Both the position numbers and the translations under genes were made by a program. The notes beneath the pieces were generated by a model. It worked only from the letters and a program-made list of their open reading frames with translations. It made no database searches and had not been told where the DNA came from. Of a DNA stretch of 64,000 bases, positions 1 to 10,784 are shown in pieces. The DNA is from Mollicutes bacterium (lineage in GTDB: Bacteria > Bacillota_I > Bacilli_A > RFN20 > CAG-826): the NCBI GenBank assembly GCA_022780025.1, contig JALEXS010000022.1, positions 1,256-65,255 of the forward strand, written 5' to 3'. Position 1 is the stretch's first letter; each line of letters opens with the position of its first letter.

Positions 1-1111
1 TCTTTAATATTTGAGCTTCATCCCAATCGAATTCATGATTACCAATACTCATCGCATCGCAACCAATTAAATTCAAGGCATCAGTCATAATTAAACCTTT
101 AGTATTATTAGATTCAATTCCGCCTTGCCACATATCTCCAGCTGATAAAAATAATGAATCAACTGATTTTTTATTTTGATAATAATCACCAATATAACTC
201 ATACCAGCTTGTTTTAAAGTAAGATCTTCTCTTCTAGTAAAAGCACCATGAGTATCGTTAACTGTATAAATATCAATTGTCCTAACGCTACCCTCATTAT
301 AAGGCTCAACAACTTCTATTTCTAAATTAGTATCAATATAACTATCTTTACTAATTTTAATATCTATTTTACCTAATTTATTTAATATATCATTATTATT
401 AATTGAGACTTTATAATCAGTAATTTCTTGATTAGTATTTAAATCAATTACCTTTAATCCAGTTAAATCTAATTTATCATTTAATTCATAATAAACTTTA
501 TTAGGTTTTCTTAATACCTTTAAATAATTAGTTTTAGAATCAATAACTTCGATATTATATGTTAATTCTTTATAATCTTTATAATTAATAACAACTTCAA
601 AGTTACCTAAATTTGTCAATTGATAACCATCACTTATGTTAACTGTAAAATTATTAATTTTATTATTTGATTCATCATATAAACTAATATCACTATAATA
701 AAATTTATCATTTAAATTATATTTAGTTTTAGTATTAGAATAATCTAAATGTAATAGTTTCTCATTATTAGAAATAACATTAATTTTATTATTAAATATA
801 TAAGGATTATAGTTTTCTTTTTGAATTGATAGTGTATAACTTCCTACATCTAAAAATGTATATGATTTATTATTAGTTACTATATCATTTAAATAAATAT
901 TATAGTTTTCTATTTCTTTTCTAGTTAATTTATCATAAACTTTTAAATCATCAAAATTAATAGATTCACCTACTAAATATTCATATTTAGAAATTTCACC
1001 TTGAACTAATAAATTACTTAAATTCTTTTCTTCTTTACAAGAAACTAAACTTAATAAAGCACTCGAAAAAAACATTGTTTTTACAATGTTTTTATTTAAA
1101 TTATAAATCAT
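1..1111 (-). CDS. Lipoprotein with 5'-nucleotidase/calcineurin-like metallophosphoesterase domain. The N-terminus starts at 1111 and the C-terminus runs off the window start (3' partial).
   Basis: Not in the ORF track because there is no in-window stop. Reading the minus strand from the ATG at 1111..1109 gives MIYNLNKNIVKTMFFSSALLSLVSC (signal peptide plus lipobox LVSC). Further downstream it gives ...DTHGAF...GNHEFDW, the metallophosphatase/5'-NT motif. The start overlaps the upstream stop as TAATG. Confidence 0.55.
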   Translation of the reverse strand, partial: MIYNLNKNIVKTMFFSSALLSLVSCKEEKNLSNLLVQGEISKYEYLVGESINFDDLKVYDKLTRKEIENYNIYLNDIVTNNKSYTFLDVGSYTLSIQKENYNPYIFNNKINVISNNEKLLHLDYSNTKTKYNLNDKFYYSDISLYDESNNKINNFTVNISDGYQLTNLGNFEVVINYKDYKELTYNIEVIDSKTNYLKVLRKPNKVYYELNDKLDLTGLKVIDLNTNQEITDYKVSINNNDILNKLGKIDIKISKDSYIDTNLEIEVVEPYNEGSVRTIDIYTVNDTHGAFTRREDLTLKQAGMSYIGDYYQNKKSVDSLFLSAGDMWQGGIESNNTKGLIMTDALNLIGCDAMSIGNHEFDWDEAQILK

Positions 1112-2616
1112 TAATAAATACTCCTAACAATTCCTGGATAATCAATAAATGGATTTCTATTACCTTGACATAAATATATTTTATCGTTTCTTAATTTTTC
1201 AAAATGATCTACAGGATCAAGTTCATTCCATTTCTTTAAATAACTTAATGCACCCATTGATAAATTACTACTTACTTCATCTAAAGACAATTCATTATAT
1301 CTAACATCCATATAAAATAATATTCTAGCTATATCTCCTCTAAAATCACCAATTTGATTAGCTTTATCGATATTTGGATAAAAATATTTATCTCCTTCAC
1401 CAAAAATACCATTACCTCTACTACTATTTAAAGATGAATTAATTGCTCTTAAATTATGTAAATCACTTAAATGATTCTTAGTAGAATTATTAACTTTACT
1501 TGTTGTTATTTGCATTTTTGATTGAGGCCAAACGTGTTCTCTATTCCATGAAGTACCTGAATCCCAAGTATTTACAATATTCATACCATTATAAATTCCA
1601 AATAAATAACCGACTTTTGCAGGGTTTTCATCTATAAATTGAAGATAATAACGAGCATTACCATAATTTTGGAAAGTCATATTAGCTATTAAATCATGTA
1701 AATTTTCTTTTAATTTAGTACTAGAAAAATCTATATCTTTATAATAAGTAGATACATCACTTAAAGGAGAATAAGGTACACTTAATCCATTAGGAATATT
1801 ATTTTCTTTAATAGATTTACGATCACTACTATAAAATTCATAATTCATTTCTTCTTTAATTAATAAATCTAAACTAATAGATTTTAAATTAATATTAGAT
1901 TCACTACTATTAGATATAAAACTCATTTTAAATTCATTAGATAATGAATTTAAACTAGAATCATAATATGTAATTAAATCATCTTCAATTACTTTAAAAG
2001 TCTTTTTATATTTATCAGAATTAATCTTTAAATCTAAATTAGTATTACCTTTAAAAGTTTTAATTTGATAATTATATACAAATAAATTCTCATCTAATTT
2101 AACATCTATATTTAATTGATTATCAAATATTAAATTAACACCTTTATTAGTGTTTGATGATGATTTAGTTAAACCATTATAATTAAATTTAACTTTATCT
2201 AAATACTCAGTTTCAGTTTTACTAGCATTTAATTCTTCATAAGTAAAATAATGAGTATAATTAATTATTTTATATCCAGTTATATCAATCTTTTCTATTT
2301 CTTTAAATTTACAATTTAAAGAAATATCCCTATTTAAATCAAAGACATAATTAACTTCATCACATACTAAATTATTCTCTTCATAGAATCCTAAAAATTC
2401 ATAACCATCAAAAGGAGAAGCTTCTAAAATAATAGTACTTCCCTTACTATACTCACCACTTTTAGTTCCAAATACTTCTCCACCTTCATTATTAGTAATA
2501 TTAAATTTAAATGTATTAGAAATATCATTTCTATCACAACTACTAACAATAAATAAAGAAGGAACTACACATAATATCCATCTTTTCATATCTTTAATTA
2601 TACCAAATATAGTCAT
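1111..2616 (-). CDS. Lipoprotein with a C-terminal endonuclease-I-like (EndA/Vvn family) extracellular nuclease domain.
   Basis: N-terminal signal plus lipobox (LFIVSSC). C-terminal motifs are REHVWPQS, NLRAINSSLNSSRGN, GDIARILFYM and GNRNPFIDYP, which resemble Pfam Endonuclease_1. It is tightly packed with the flanking nuclease genes. Confidence 0.55.
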   Translation of the reverse strand: MTIFGIIKDMKRWILCVVPSLFIVSSCDRNDISNTFKFNITNNEGGEVFGTKSGEYSKGSTIILEASPFDGYEFLGFYEENNLVCDEVNYVFDLNRDISLNCKFKEIEKIDITGYKIINYTHYFTYEELNASKTETEYLDKVKFNYNGLTKSSSNTNKGVNLIFDNQLNIDVKLDENLFVYNYQIKTFKGNTNLDLKINSDKYKKTFKVIEDDLITYYDSSLNSLSNEFKMSFISNSSESNINLKSISLDLLIKEEMNYEFYSSDRKSIKENNIPNGLSVPYSPLSDVSTYYKDIDFSSTKLKENLHDLIANMTFQNYGNARYYLQFIDENPAKVGYLFGIYNGMNIVNTWDSGTSWNREHVWPQSKMQITTSKVNNSTKNHLSDLHNLRAINSSLNSSRGNGIFGEGDKYFYPNIDKANQIGDFRGDIARILFYMDVRYNELSLDEVSSNLSMGALSYLKKWNELDPVDHFEKLRNDKIYLCQGNRNPFIDYPGIVRSIY

Positions 2617-2680
2617 GCATATAAAGAAAAGAATAGGTCTATAAAGACCTATTCTTATTATCTTATTTAAAATTTAAATT

Positions 2681-5524
2681 TTATTTTACGATATAACTAA
2701 CTTTCATAGAGACAAGTCTAGCTTGAGCGTTATTACTGAAAGTAATAGTTTTATATCCACTTAATCCTTCAACAATATAGCTAAGTCCAGCCTTATCAAA
2801 TGTAGAAGCAAGTGTAGTTTCACCACTCTTAGCAACTAAATCTACAACATACTTCTTTGAACTATAATCATCATAAGTGAATGATATAGATTGTAACTCA
2901 ACATTTTCTTTAGCAGTAACAATTAAATTATGGCCTTTATACATTCTAAGACTTTCACTTGTTGTTGCAGCAGGTGCATTTGATGTATTTGTTCCAGTTG
3001 AATGTTCAAAACCAATAACTCCATCACCGTCAAAGAAGGTAACAACTTTTCCATCAGCACTAGCCGTACCAGTTATTTTAGCAAATGAGTAAGTCTTTTC
3101 TAATAAACCAGCAGGAGTGTCGACTTTATTAACAGTTACTTTAACTGTAGCTGTTTTTGTTGGATCTTCTTTACTAGCAACAGTAATTGTAGTTTCGCCA
3201 GCTTTAACACCAGTAACAGTACCATCATCACTAACAGTAGCGATTTCAGTATTATTTGAGGTATAAGTTAATCCTTTTACAGTAGCATTATCTGGGGTAA
3301 CACTAGCATTAATTTTAACAGTCTTTTTTTCATCAACTGTAATTGAAGCATCAGCTGTAACACCAGTTACATGAACTTTTTCGCTTTCTGCTAATTTAGT
3401 AAGGAAATGAGAAACATAATTTGTATCACTAGTAGCATAAGATGTTTTACTAACACTGAAAGTTGTAAAAGTATTATATGTTCCAATGTAAACATCAACA
3501 GTATCAATAGTAGTTACTAAAGTTTTTAATGAAGAATCATATTTCCAAGTAAGTGTTGGTGTAGTAACAAGAGTAGCTTTATATGATGTGCCACCAGATT
3601 TATTTGTATAAGAAGCAGCTTCAATATAAGTTTTTGCTTCACCTTTAGTAAAAGAAACTTTACATGCATCTAATGTGCCTTCTAATGTAACATCAATAGC
3701 TTCAGCATCATTCTCTGTTGAACTTAAGAAGTTGCCAGAAATCTCGCCATTAAAATAAAGTGTTTTATTTACACTGGAGTTCTTTTGATCTAAACCAAAT
3801 TTATAAGTTTTGCCAATTTCAGGATCTGCTACTTTATATAATCCATCCATAGTAGTTTCAGTAGGTGGGGTAGGAGTTTCTCCGCCTTCAGCTTTTTTAA
3901 CTAATCTATTAAATGCAAAGTAGAATTGGACTCCTGATTTTTCATCATAGATATAAGGAACTACAAAGAATTCAACTGTATCACCATTAGCAAATAATTT
4001 ATTAATAATGTCTGTATTGAAATTCTTTGGATTTGTGAATTTAAGTGTTCCATTATCTTGTTTACTAAATGCAGTGAAATCGCTTGAAACACCATAAGAA
4101 TCAATAGTGTCAGTTCCATCTTCAGCTTTAATTGTTATATTACCATATTTATCATTAGTTTCAGCTCCTGAAACAACACCAGTAACTTTATATGCAACTT
4201 TTTGATCAGCTGTAGTTAAAGCTTTCATGTCACTAACTGTCTTAGTTTGAGCAGTAGCAAATTCATTATCACCAGCAGTAATAGTAACTTTTTTAGCTTC
4301 ACTAACTAAGTTATCAACTTTAGCAGTAACAGTAACTTCGCCAACTTCTAAACCATATAATTTATTGCCAACAATCTTAGCTTTTGTTTTATCACCATCA
4401 GCTAATGAATAAGTAACATTACCACCAGCTCCTTCAGGAGTTAATGTAGCACTTAATTCAATTGCTTCATATGTTTTAACAGTGCCAGTTCCTACATTTA
4501 ATGTAATACCTTCAGCTTTAATAGCAGCTTTAGTAACATCAACAGTAGTAGGTACTAAATTAAAGTAACCATTACCACTATTGAATCCTAAAATAGAACC
4601 AGTAACAGTAACTTCACTACCATTAACAATTTTACCAATTTGTTCTCTTAAAGTTTTTTCTGCTTTATAGCAGCTAATTAATTTAAATTCTTCTTTAGAA
4701 ACACCTTCGATTTCAAATTTATGTCCACCAACATATTTTAATTTCTTAGCAGTAACATATTCATTTCTAGTTGCAATACCTGTTGTAATTTCTGAATTAT
4801 TTTTATTTGCAGTAGTTCCAAATTTTACGAAATCTTCAGCACTATATTCTTTTGCTTTAGGTAATTCAATTTTAGCATTTATTTTTTCAACTTTTGGATC
4901 ACTAAATTGTAAAACACCATAATAATTAGTTAATTGTCCTTTAACACTAACTACATCACCAACATTAAAAGAAGAAATATCAGTATTTGCTTTTTTATAG
5001 ACATAACCATAACTTTCTCCATCATAAATCACCATGTTTTGATCTTTATCTGTAGAAACGACAACACCTTTAACAGCGTATTCATTAGTTGTTGTGCCTT
5101 TACTATTTTTACATTCACCATCACTAGCTTCTTGAATAGCAGCAGTTAATGAAACATAAGCACTATCATCTTCTTCAACAGTAATTGTTAATTCTTGAGA
5201 TTTAACACTTTTAAAAGTAGCAGTAAGTTTTGCACTACCTGCTTTTAAGCCTTTAACTTTCGAGCCAAGAACAACAGCAACAGTAGGATCACTACTTTCG
5301 ATAGTAAAACCTGTTGTGACATTAGCGTCATCAGCTTTTACTGTAATTTGTGTTTCTTCTCCAACTTTAATTGTTTCTTTACCAGCACTAATAGTAACCT
5401 TTTTGATAGATGGTGTAGGGTCTACTGGATTATTAACATCTCCACAAGAAACAAGAGTTCCACTAAGTGCACCTAAACTTAATAAAGCACTAATAGTGAG
5501 AATTGGTATAAATTTTCTTTTCAT
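2681..5524 (-). CDS. Large surface lipoprotein (~947 aa) with bacterial Ig-like (Big_2) repeats and an OB-fold-like segment.
   Basis: Start refined to the ATG at 5524 (MKRKFIPILTISALLSLGALSGTLVSCG). A strong RBS AGGAGGAAG lies just upstream, so the track's N-terminal extension is spurious. There are repeated Big_2-like blocks (e.g. KVTISAGKETIKVGEETQITV...LKAGSAKLTATF). A GVVVSTDKDQNMVIYDGESYGYVYKK...GDVVSVKGQLTNYYGVLQF segment resembles the OB folds of ExeM/NucH/YhcR-type nucleases. Confidence 0.6.
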   Translation of the reverse strand: MKRKFIPILTISALLSLGALSGTLVSCGDVNNPVDPTPSIKKVTISAGKETIKVGEETQITVKADDANVTTGFTIESSDPTVAVVLGSKVKGLKAGSAKLTATFKSVKSQELTITVEEDDSAYVSLTAAIQEASDGECKNSKGTTTNEYAVKGVVVSTDKDQNMVIYDGESYGYVYKKANTDISSFNVGDVVSVKGQLTNYYGVLQFSDPKVEKINAKIELPKAKEYSAEDFVKFGTTANKNNSEITTGIATRNEYVTAKKLKYVGGHKFEIEGVSKEEFKLISCYKAEKTLREQIGKIVNGSEVTVTGSILGFNSGNGYFNLVPTTVDVTKAAIKAEGITLNVGTGTVKTYEAIELSATLTPEGAGGNVTYSLADGDKTKAKIVGNKLYGLEVGEVTVTAKVDNLVSEAKKVTITAGDNEFATAQTKTVSDMKALTTADQKVAYKVTGVVSGAETNDKYGNITIKAEDGTDTIDSYGVSSDFTAFSKQDNGTLKFTNPKNFNTDIINKLFANGDTVEFFVVPYIYDEKSGVQFYFAFNRLVKKAEGGETPTPPTETTMDGLYKVADPEIGKTYKFGLDQKNSSVNKTLYFNGEISGNFLSSTENDAEAIDVTLEGTLDACKVSFTKGEAKTYIEAASYTNKSGGTSYKATLVTTPTLTWKYDSSLKTLVTTIDTVDVYIGTYNTFTTFSVSKTSYATSDTNYVSHFLTKLAESEKVHVTGVTADASITVDEKKTVKINASVTPDNATVKGLTYTSNNTEIATVSDDGTVTGVKAGETTITVASKEDPTKTATVKVTVNKVDTPAGLLEKTYSFAKITGTASADGKVVTFFDGDGVIGFEHSTGTNTSNAPAATTSESLRMYKGHNLIVTAKENVELQSISFTYDDYSSKKYVVDLVAKSGETTLASTFDKAGLSYIVEGLSGYKTITFSNNAQARLVSMKVSYIVK

Positions 5525-5572
5525 TTTCTTCCTCCTAAAAAACAATAATTTATCCATATTTATATTAACATA

Positions 5573-6046
5573 TTAAGAATTAGCTTTAATATGTAATTTG
5601 TAAGTGACAGTTTTAGTTTTATCTTCTAAATATGCTGTACCTTTTAAATTTACCATTTTATCTTCTTTTATTTCATCATATTTTGGAGCATATAAAACTG
5701 AGTTTGGACGACTTGATAATGTTGAAGTTTTAAATAAAGTTGGTTCTGAAACTTCCCATTCAAGTCCAATAAATTTACTAACACGTTCATCATTTTCTAA
5801 ACCAGAAACTTCAGTAAGATTCATAATGTAGAAATTCTTTTGTGATGCTCTGTCACTCCTTAATAAATATTCAATGGTTTCATCGCTAAAATTAATACCA
5901 CCATCAAAACTAGCGACTGTTCCTTTGAATACTTTTTCCAAATATTCTTCTGTAGTAGTAGTTTTTGGACCATTATTTTCAGTTTCTCCACATCCTGCTA
6001 ATAAGAATGATGAACAGAATAAAGCTAATACTAAACCTTTTTTCAT
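5573..6046 (-). CDS. Small lipoprotein of unknown function.
   Basis: MKKGLVLALFCSSFLLAGCGE has a signal peptide and lipobox. A GGAGG RBS overlaps the stop of the upstream nuclease gene. Confidence 0.55.
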   Translation of the reverse strand: MKKGLVLALFCSSFLLAGCGETENNGPKTTTTEEYLEKVFKGTVASFDGGINFSDETIEYLLRSDRASQKNFYIMNLTEVSGLENDERVSKFIGLEWEVSEPTLFKTSTLSSRPNSVLYAPKYDEIKEDKMVNLKGTAYLEDKTKTVTYKLHIKANS

Positions 6047-6048
6047 AA

Positions 6049-7563
6049 TTATTTAACCTCCGTAATGTAATTGTATTCTAAGTTGTTATTAAATAAACAA
6101 ACTTGATATTTTTCATAATATGGTTTTAAGTAACCTTTAACGATATAAGTTTTACCAACTTCAAATAAAGTTTCACCTGGATAAGGATAACAATTACCAT
6201 CAACTCTCATATTAATGTATAATCTACTACTTTCATCATTTAAATAAGAGTAAATAGTCATATTCTTATTTGCATCTTTTTTGTAATAGTAATCGCCACT
6301 TGATGTTCCTTCATTTTGATCATCATCACTACTTGCATTAACTGTTCTAATAGTAAGTCTAGCAGTAACTAATCGATCACTAAATTGAGCGACATCACTT
6401 AAAGTTTTGCAATCATCTAAAGAATTAAAATCAGATTCAACAAAAGGAGTAAATGTAGCAATCATTTCCTTTGCTTCATTAATTTCTTTAATATCAGCTT
6501 CTGTTAAAGATGGATCAGTAACATCTTGTGCAGCAATTCTTGAATAATTTGTGAATGCATATTTACCATAAGAATCAAATTTTAAATCACTTAATTGAAT
6601 ATTTTCTAAGAATTTAGTAGCTTTACAATAGAAACTGATGAAATCACTAGGTTTAACAACACTAGCTACACTTTTACCATATCCTGAGAATAAATAAGTA
6701 TAACCTAATTCACCGTTTTCATTAGGTACTACATCTCTAACATATAAACTATCTCCAGCGATACCAATAACACAGGCATCAATTTTGACCATTTTACCAC
6801 TACTATTTTCAGTAACACCGAGTTCTTCATAATTATCTATTAAATATTTAATAGTTGTTTTAATAACTGTATTACTATAATCATATCCAGGGTCTTTAGT
6901 ACCTTGAACTCTTAATTTCATTCTAGCAGCATAAGTATCAGCTTTTTGAAAATAATCTAAATAATCACAAACTTTTGATTTATCAAATAATAAATTTTTA
7001 GAATAGCCTTGTTCAACAATTTCTAAATTCAATAAACGGAAATCACTAGTTTTATCAAGTCTATACCAAACAAAACCTAAGAAACGACCATTAGTTTCAT
7101 TTCTTCCGAAAACGTCATAATCATTAATTAATAAAATATCTCCATTTGTTTCAGCTTCAGTTAAAATTTTAGCAACAAAAACAGAAGCTTTTTTACCCCA
7201 TGGTTCAATATTTGCAGTTGATTCAGGGGTATCAATACCTAAAAATCTTAATGGGAATCTAGTTTCACTAGCTGAACTATAATCATAAAATTTAGCAGTA
7301 TCACCATCAGTATTACTAGCTAAATGAACAAGTCCTATACCATCAGCAGTAAATACTTTTCCTTCATAATCTGCATTTAATTTACATGCATCTGTATAAG
7401 GAGTTTCAGGTAATAAATCATTTGGATCATTTAATTTTATTAATTCTCTAGTATTAGGATCTAAAGGATCAACTTTATTATTATTGTTATTATTACAAGA
7501 TGTTAATCCAATTGTAGTACCTAATAAGAATATACTTAATAATAATTTAAATTTATTTTTCAT
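6049..7563 (-). CDS. Membrane nuclease lipoprotein with a staphylococcal-nuclease-like (SNase/thermonuclease) domain and a C-terminal extension.
   Basis: Lipobox GLTSC. SNase motifs are TDGDTAKFY and RFLGIDTPES...PWGKKAS. This resembles mycoplasma MnuA / MG_186-type membrane nucleases. Confidence 0.7.
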   Translation of the reverse strand: MKNKFKLLLSIFLLGTTIGLTSCNNNNNNKVDPLDPNTRELIKLNDPNDLLPETPYTDACKLNADYEGKVFTADGIGLVHLASNTDGDTAKFYDYSSASETRFPLRFLGIDTPESTANIEPWGKKASVFVAKILTEAETNGDILLINDYDVFGRNETNGRFLGFVWYRLDKTSDFRLLNLEIVEQGYSKNLLFDKSKVCDYLDYFQKADTYAARMKLRVQGTKDPGYDYSNTVIKTTIKYLIDNYEELGVTENSSGKMVKIDACVIGIAGDSLYVRDVVPNENGELGYTYLFSGYGKSVASVVKPSDFISFYCKATKFLENIQLSDLKFDSYGKYAFTNYSRIAAQDVTDPSLTEADIKEINEAKEMIATFTPFVESDFNSLDDCKTLSDVAQFSDRLVTARLTIRTVNASSDDDQNEGTSSGDYYYKKDANKNMTIYSYLNDESSRLYINMRVDGNCYPYPGETLFEVGKTYIVKGYLKPYYEKYQVCLFNNNLEYNYITEVK

Positions 7564-7578
7564 AAATATATCGCCCTC

Positions 7579-9132
7579 CTAATTAGCAAAATCATTTAAA
7601 GTTGCATAAACTTTATTAATAACATCGGTAGGACTCATATTACCTTTAAATAATTGAGGAATGATAGTAGAAACTTCTTCTCTACATCTAGCACTACCAA
7701 CAAAAGGAGTGTCAACAAATTTTGTCCAATTTGTACCTTCTTTCATATATTCATTTGTATTAATTTTTGCTATTTGTTGCATTTGAACAGCATCTGGTAA
7801 TAATTTATTAGGATTTTTATTAATAAAATCTTGATAAACAGGACTATTTTGAGCATATTCACAACTTGGGAAATATCCAGTTGATAAAGAGAAATCAGCA
7901 TTAACATTCTTAGATAAATATTTAATTAATTGCCAAGAAGCTAAACGTTCTTTATCTGTACCTTTATCAAGCATAACTAAATTAGTACCTTGAGAAATAA
8001 CAAATTTCTTATCTACATCTTTATATAAAGTAGGTGCACATGCTGAAGTAAATTTATCTCCAGCAGGTAAAGCATTATCAGCTCCAGCAGTTGAACCTAT
8101 GTTCATAACTGTTTGAATCTTTTTAAATGGATTAGAATTATACTTAGCTTCACCATAAACTGATGGAATACCAATAATTCCTTCTTTATATAATCTTTGA
8201 ATATAAGTTAAAGCTTCTTTAACTTTATCACTATCAAAGACAATATGTCCTTTTCTATCTTGAGAAACAGTAGTATATTCACCACCCCATTGTCTACATA
8301 ATGTTATAAAGAAGTTAGCTTGAGAATCATATGAGAATGGTACAAAACGATATTCATTTAATGTATCATCATTAATATTAGTATTCTTTTTAAGATCTTT
8401 GAAATTTAAAATACATTTTTTATCTGGTGTATCTTCTTCTTTTTCATAAATCTTATTATCTTTACCAATTACTTTTCCATAAGCATTTTCCATGACTACT
8501 AATATCTTTTTACCAACAGTTTCAAGTTCATCCCAAGTAGAAGGAACTTTGATATCACTATCAATACTACTAGCCCAATCAAAGAAAGTTTTATTATAAA
8601 CCATGACTTCAGTAGATTTATTAAATGGAACACCTAAAGTATAACCAGTTCCATCTTCTTTAAATTCTACTAATTGATTTTCAGTCATATAGTCTTTATA
8701 AAAATCATTAATTGATAAACTGACATTTTCTTTTAAAGAATTTGTAGTTTCACTATCATGTTCAAAGAAACTATCAAGTCTTAAAATAATATCACTATTA
8801 ACATATTCTGCCATATGATCTGGATAAGCTAAAGCAACATTAGGATATTTTTTACTAGTAGCAGCACCAACAATAGCTTTTCTTAAATTATCATAACTGC
8901 CTTTTGATTCCATATTGACAGTTATTCCATATTCTTGTTCAAATTGATCAACCAATTCTGCTAAAGATGCTTCAATTGCAGCTCCAAAAGGATTCCAAAA
9001 AGTAATTGTTGCTCCTTTTGTATCAATTGTATAATCGCTTGGATAAGCATTATTTGTAGTTCCACCACAGCTCATAATAGTGGAAGATAATAAAACCGTA
9101 CCAAATAATACCAATAAATCTTTTTTCTTCAT
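7579..9132 (-). CDS. ABC transporter substrate-binding lipoprotein (extracellular solute-binding family 1, CUT1-like), paralog 1.
   Basis: Lipobox IMSCGG. It is a paralog of the next gene (shared blocks TFWNPFGA / EFWTSFGA, LGVPFNKSTEVMVYNKTF, FRVFSYDSQANFFI, ISQGTNL). The start is set to the ATG at 9132, because the track start at 9150 is a TTG. Confidence 0.6.
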   Translation of the reverse strand: MKKKDLLVLFGTVLLSSTIMSCGGTTNNAYPSDYTIDTKGATITFWNPFGAAIEASLAELVDQFEQEYGITVNMESKGSYDNLRKAIVGAATSKKYPNVALAYPDHMAEYVNSDIILRLDSFFEHDSETTNSLKENVSLSINDFYKDYMTENQLVEFKEDGTGYTLGVPFNKSTEVMVYNKTFFDWASSIDSDIKVPSTWDELETVGKKILVVMENAYGKVIGKDNKIYEKEEDTPDKKCILNFKDLKKNTNINDDTLNEYRFVPFSYDSQANFFITLCRQWGGEYTTVSQDRKGHIVFDSDKVKEALTYIQRLYKEGIIGIPSVYGEAKYNSNPFKKIQTVMNIGSTAGADNALPAGDKFTSACAPTLYKDVDKKFVISQGTNLVMLDKGTDKERLASWQLIKYLSKNVNADFSLSTGYFPSCEYAQNSPVYQDFINKNPNKLLPDAVQMQQIAKINTNEYMKEGTNWTKFVDTPFVGSARCREEVSTIIPQLFKGNMSPTDVINKVYATLNDFAN

Positions 9133-9136
9133 AAAT

Positions 9137-10765
9137 TTACTTCTTTTCAACGTAAGATGCTAAATTTGAATAAGCATTATTTAAAATTTCATCAATACTT
9201 AATTTGCCATCAATAACTTGAGGAATAATTGTTTCAGCTTCGGTTCTAACTAATGATGAGCCAACAAAAGCAGCATCAACGAATTTATTCCAATTTTCAG
9301 TTTCACTTAAATAAACATCAGCATTAAGATTAGCAGCAGCTCTTTTTGCTTTATCACTAGCACTTCCACCAGATTTATCTTTTAAGAATTTTTGATAAAT
9401 ACTACTATTCATACCAATTGTTGAACATGGGAAATAACCAGCACCATAAGCAAAAGCACCATTACCTTTTTGAGTTAAATATTTAATTAATTTCCAGCTA
9501 GCAACAATTTCTTTATCACTACCTTTATCTAAGATAGCTAAGTTAGTACCTTGAGAAATAACGTTTTTATTATCTAAATCTTTAACTGGAACTGTTGCAA
9601 CACCCATTTCATATCTAATATCATTTACATTTTTATGTGCACCAGCACTACTAGAAATTGAGAACAAAGTTTCTTCTTTCTTAAATGCATTTGTTGCATA
9701 ATTTTGAAGATTCCAAGTAGCAGGAACACCTAAAATTTTCTTATCTGATAATCTTTTTACCATTTTTAAAGCTTCTTTAGTAATATCGTTATTAAAATCG
9801 ATATAACCTTTTCTTGTAGTTTTATCTAAATGAGTATATTGACCACCATAATTTCTAATTAAAGAAATAAAGAAGTTAGCTTGAGAGTCATAAGAGAAAA
9901 CTCTAAATGGTTCAGCAGAACTAACTGATGATAAATCTAATACTGGATCTTTTTTAGTTGCTTCTTTACATTTAGTATCATCTTGATAAGCCTTACCATC
10001 ATTTCCTAAAACGTAACCTTTAGTAGGATTTTTATTACTATCATAATCTAATAAACCTTTTTTAGTTGTATCAAAAGTTCTAGTTACATTATCAATTAAT
10101 TTATAAATAGCTTCACCACAAGATTCGATTTCTTCATATGTTTGTGGAACTTTAATTTTACTATCTTTTGAATTTCCCCAATCAATAAATGTCTTATTAT
10201 AAACCATAACTTCAGTTGATTTATTAAATGGTAAACCTAATGTATATCCTGTTCCATCTGGTTTAAATTCAAGATTTAAGTTTTCATTCATATAATCTTT
10301 ATAAAAACTATCCATATCAATTGGATCAACTTCAGTAAAGTTTGGATAATTTTCATCTTCATCACGAGTTGAAGGTATTTCTTTATCGTGTTCAATTAAG
10401 AAATCAAGTCTTAATTGAATGTCAGAATTAATATATCCAGCGAAGTGATCAGGATAACCAATGCAAACATTTGGATATTTTTGACCAGAAGCACCTAAAG
10501 AAACAGCTTCTCTTAATCCTTCATAACCACCTTTACCAGTATGAGTTACTTTAATACCAGTTTCTTCTCTAAATTCATCTAAAACTGTTTCTAAAGCTGC
10601 AGTAACATCAGCTCCAAATGATGTCCAAAATTCAATTTCAACACCACGAGTATCAACTGTCATATCAACAGTATAATCAGTACCTACTCCGCTTTTACCA
10701 CCACAACTAGTTAATAATCCAGTTGTAGCAAATAAAGATAAAGCAATCAATTGTAATTTTTTCAT
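9137..10765 (-). CDS. ABC transporter substrate-binding lipoprotein (CUT1-like), paralog 2.
   Basis: MKKLQLIALSLFATTGLLTSCGG with an AGGAGA RBS. At 542 aa it is unusually long for this family. Confidence 0.6.
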   Translation of the reverse strand: MKKLQLIALSLFATTGLLTSCGGKSGVGTDYTVDMTVDTRGVEIEFWTSFGADVTAALETVLDEFREETGIKVTHTGKGGYEGLREAVSLGASGQKYPNVCIGYPDHFAGYINSDIQLRLDFLIEHDKEIPSTRDEDENYPNFTEVDPIDMDSFYKDYMNENLNLEFKPDGTGYTLGLPFNKSTEVMVYNKTFIDWGNSKDSKIKVPQTYEEIESCGEAIYKLIDNVTRTFDTTKKGLLDYDSNKNPTKGYVLGNDGKAYQDDTKCKEATKKDPVLDLSSVSSAEPFRVFSYDSQANFFISLIRNYGGQYTHLDKTTRKGYIDFNNDITKEALKMVKRLSDKKILGVPATWNLQNYATNAFKKEETLFSISSSAGAHKNVNDIRYEMGVATVPVKDLDNKNVISQGTNLAILDKGSDKEIVASWKLIKYLTQKGNGAFAYGAGYFPCSTIGMNSSIYQKFLKDKSGGSASDKAKRAAANLNADVYLSETENWNKFVDAAFVGSSLVRTEAETIIPQVIDGKLSIDEILNNAYSNLASYVEKK

Positions 10766-10784
10766 AAAATCTCCTATTTAATAA

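Noticed and set aside
5524-5557. N-terminal extension MDKLLFFRRKK of the giant lipoprotein (and similar TTG-initiated extensions at 9150, 20042, 52182; first-ATG-in-RBS cases at 32354, 55924, 56612)
   Set aside because: The track treats TTG as Met or takes the first ATG. In each case a downstream ATG with a proper Shine-Dalgarno and a signal peptide or conserved N-terminus is the more plausible start.
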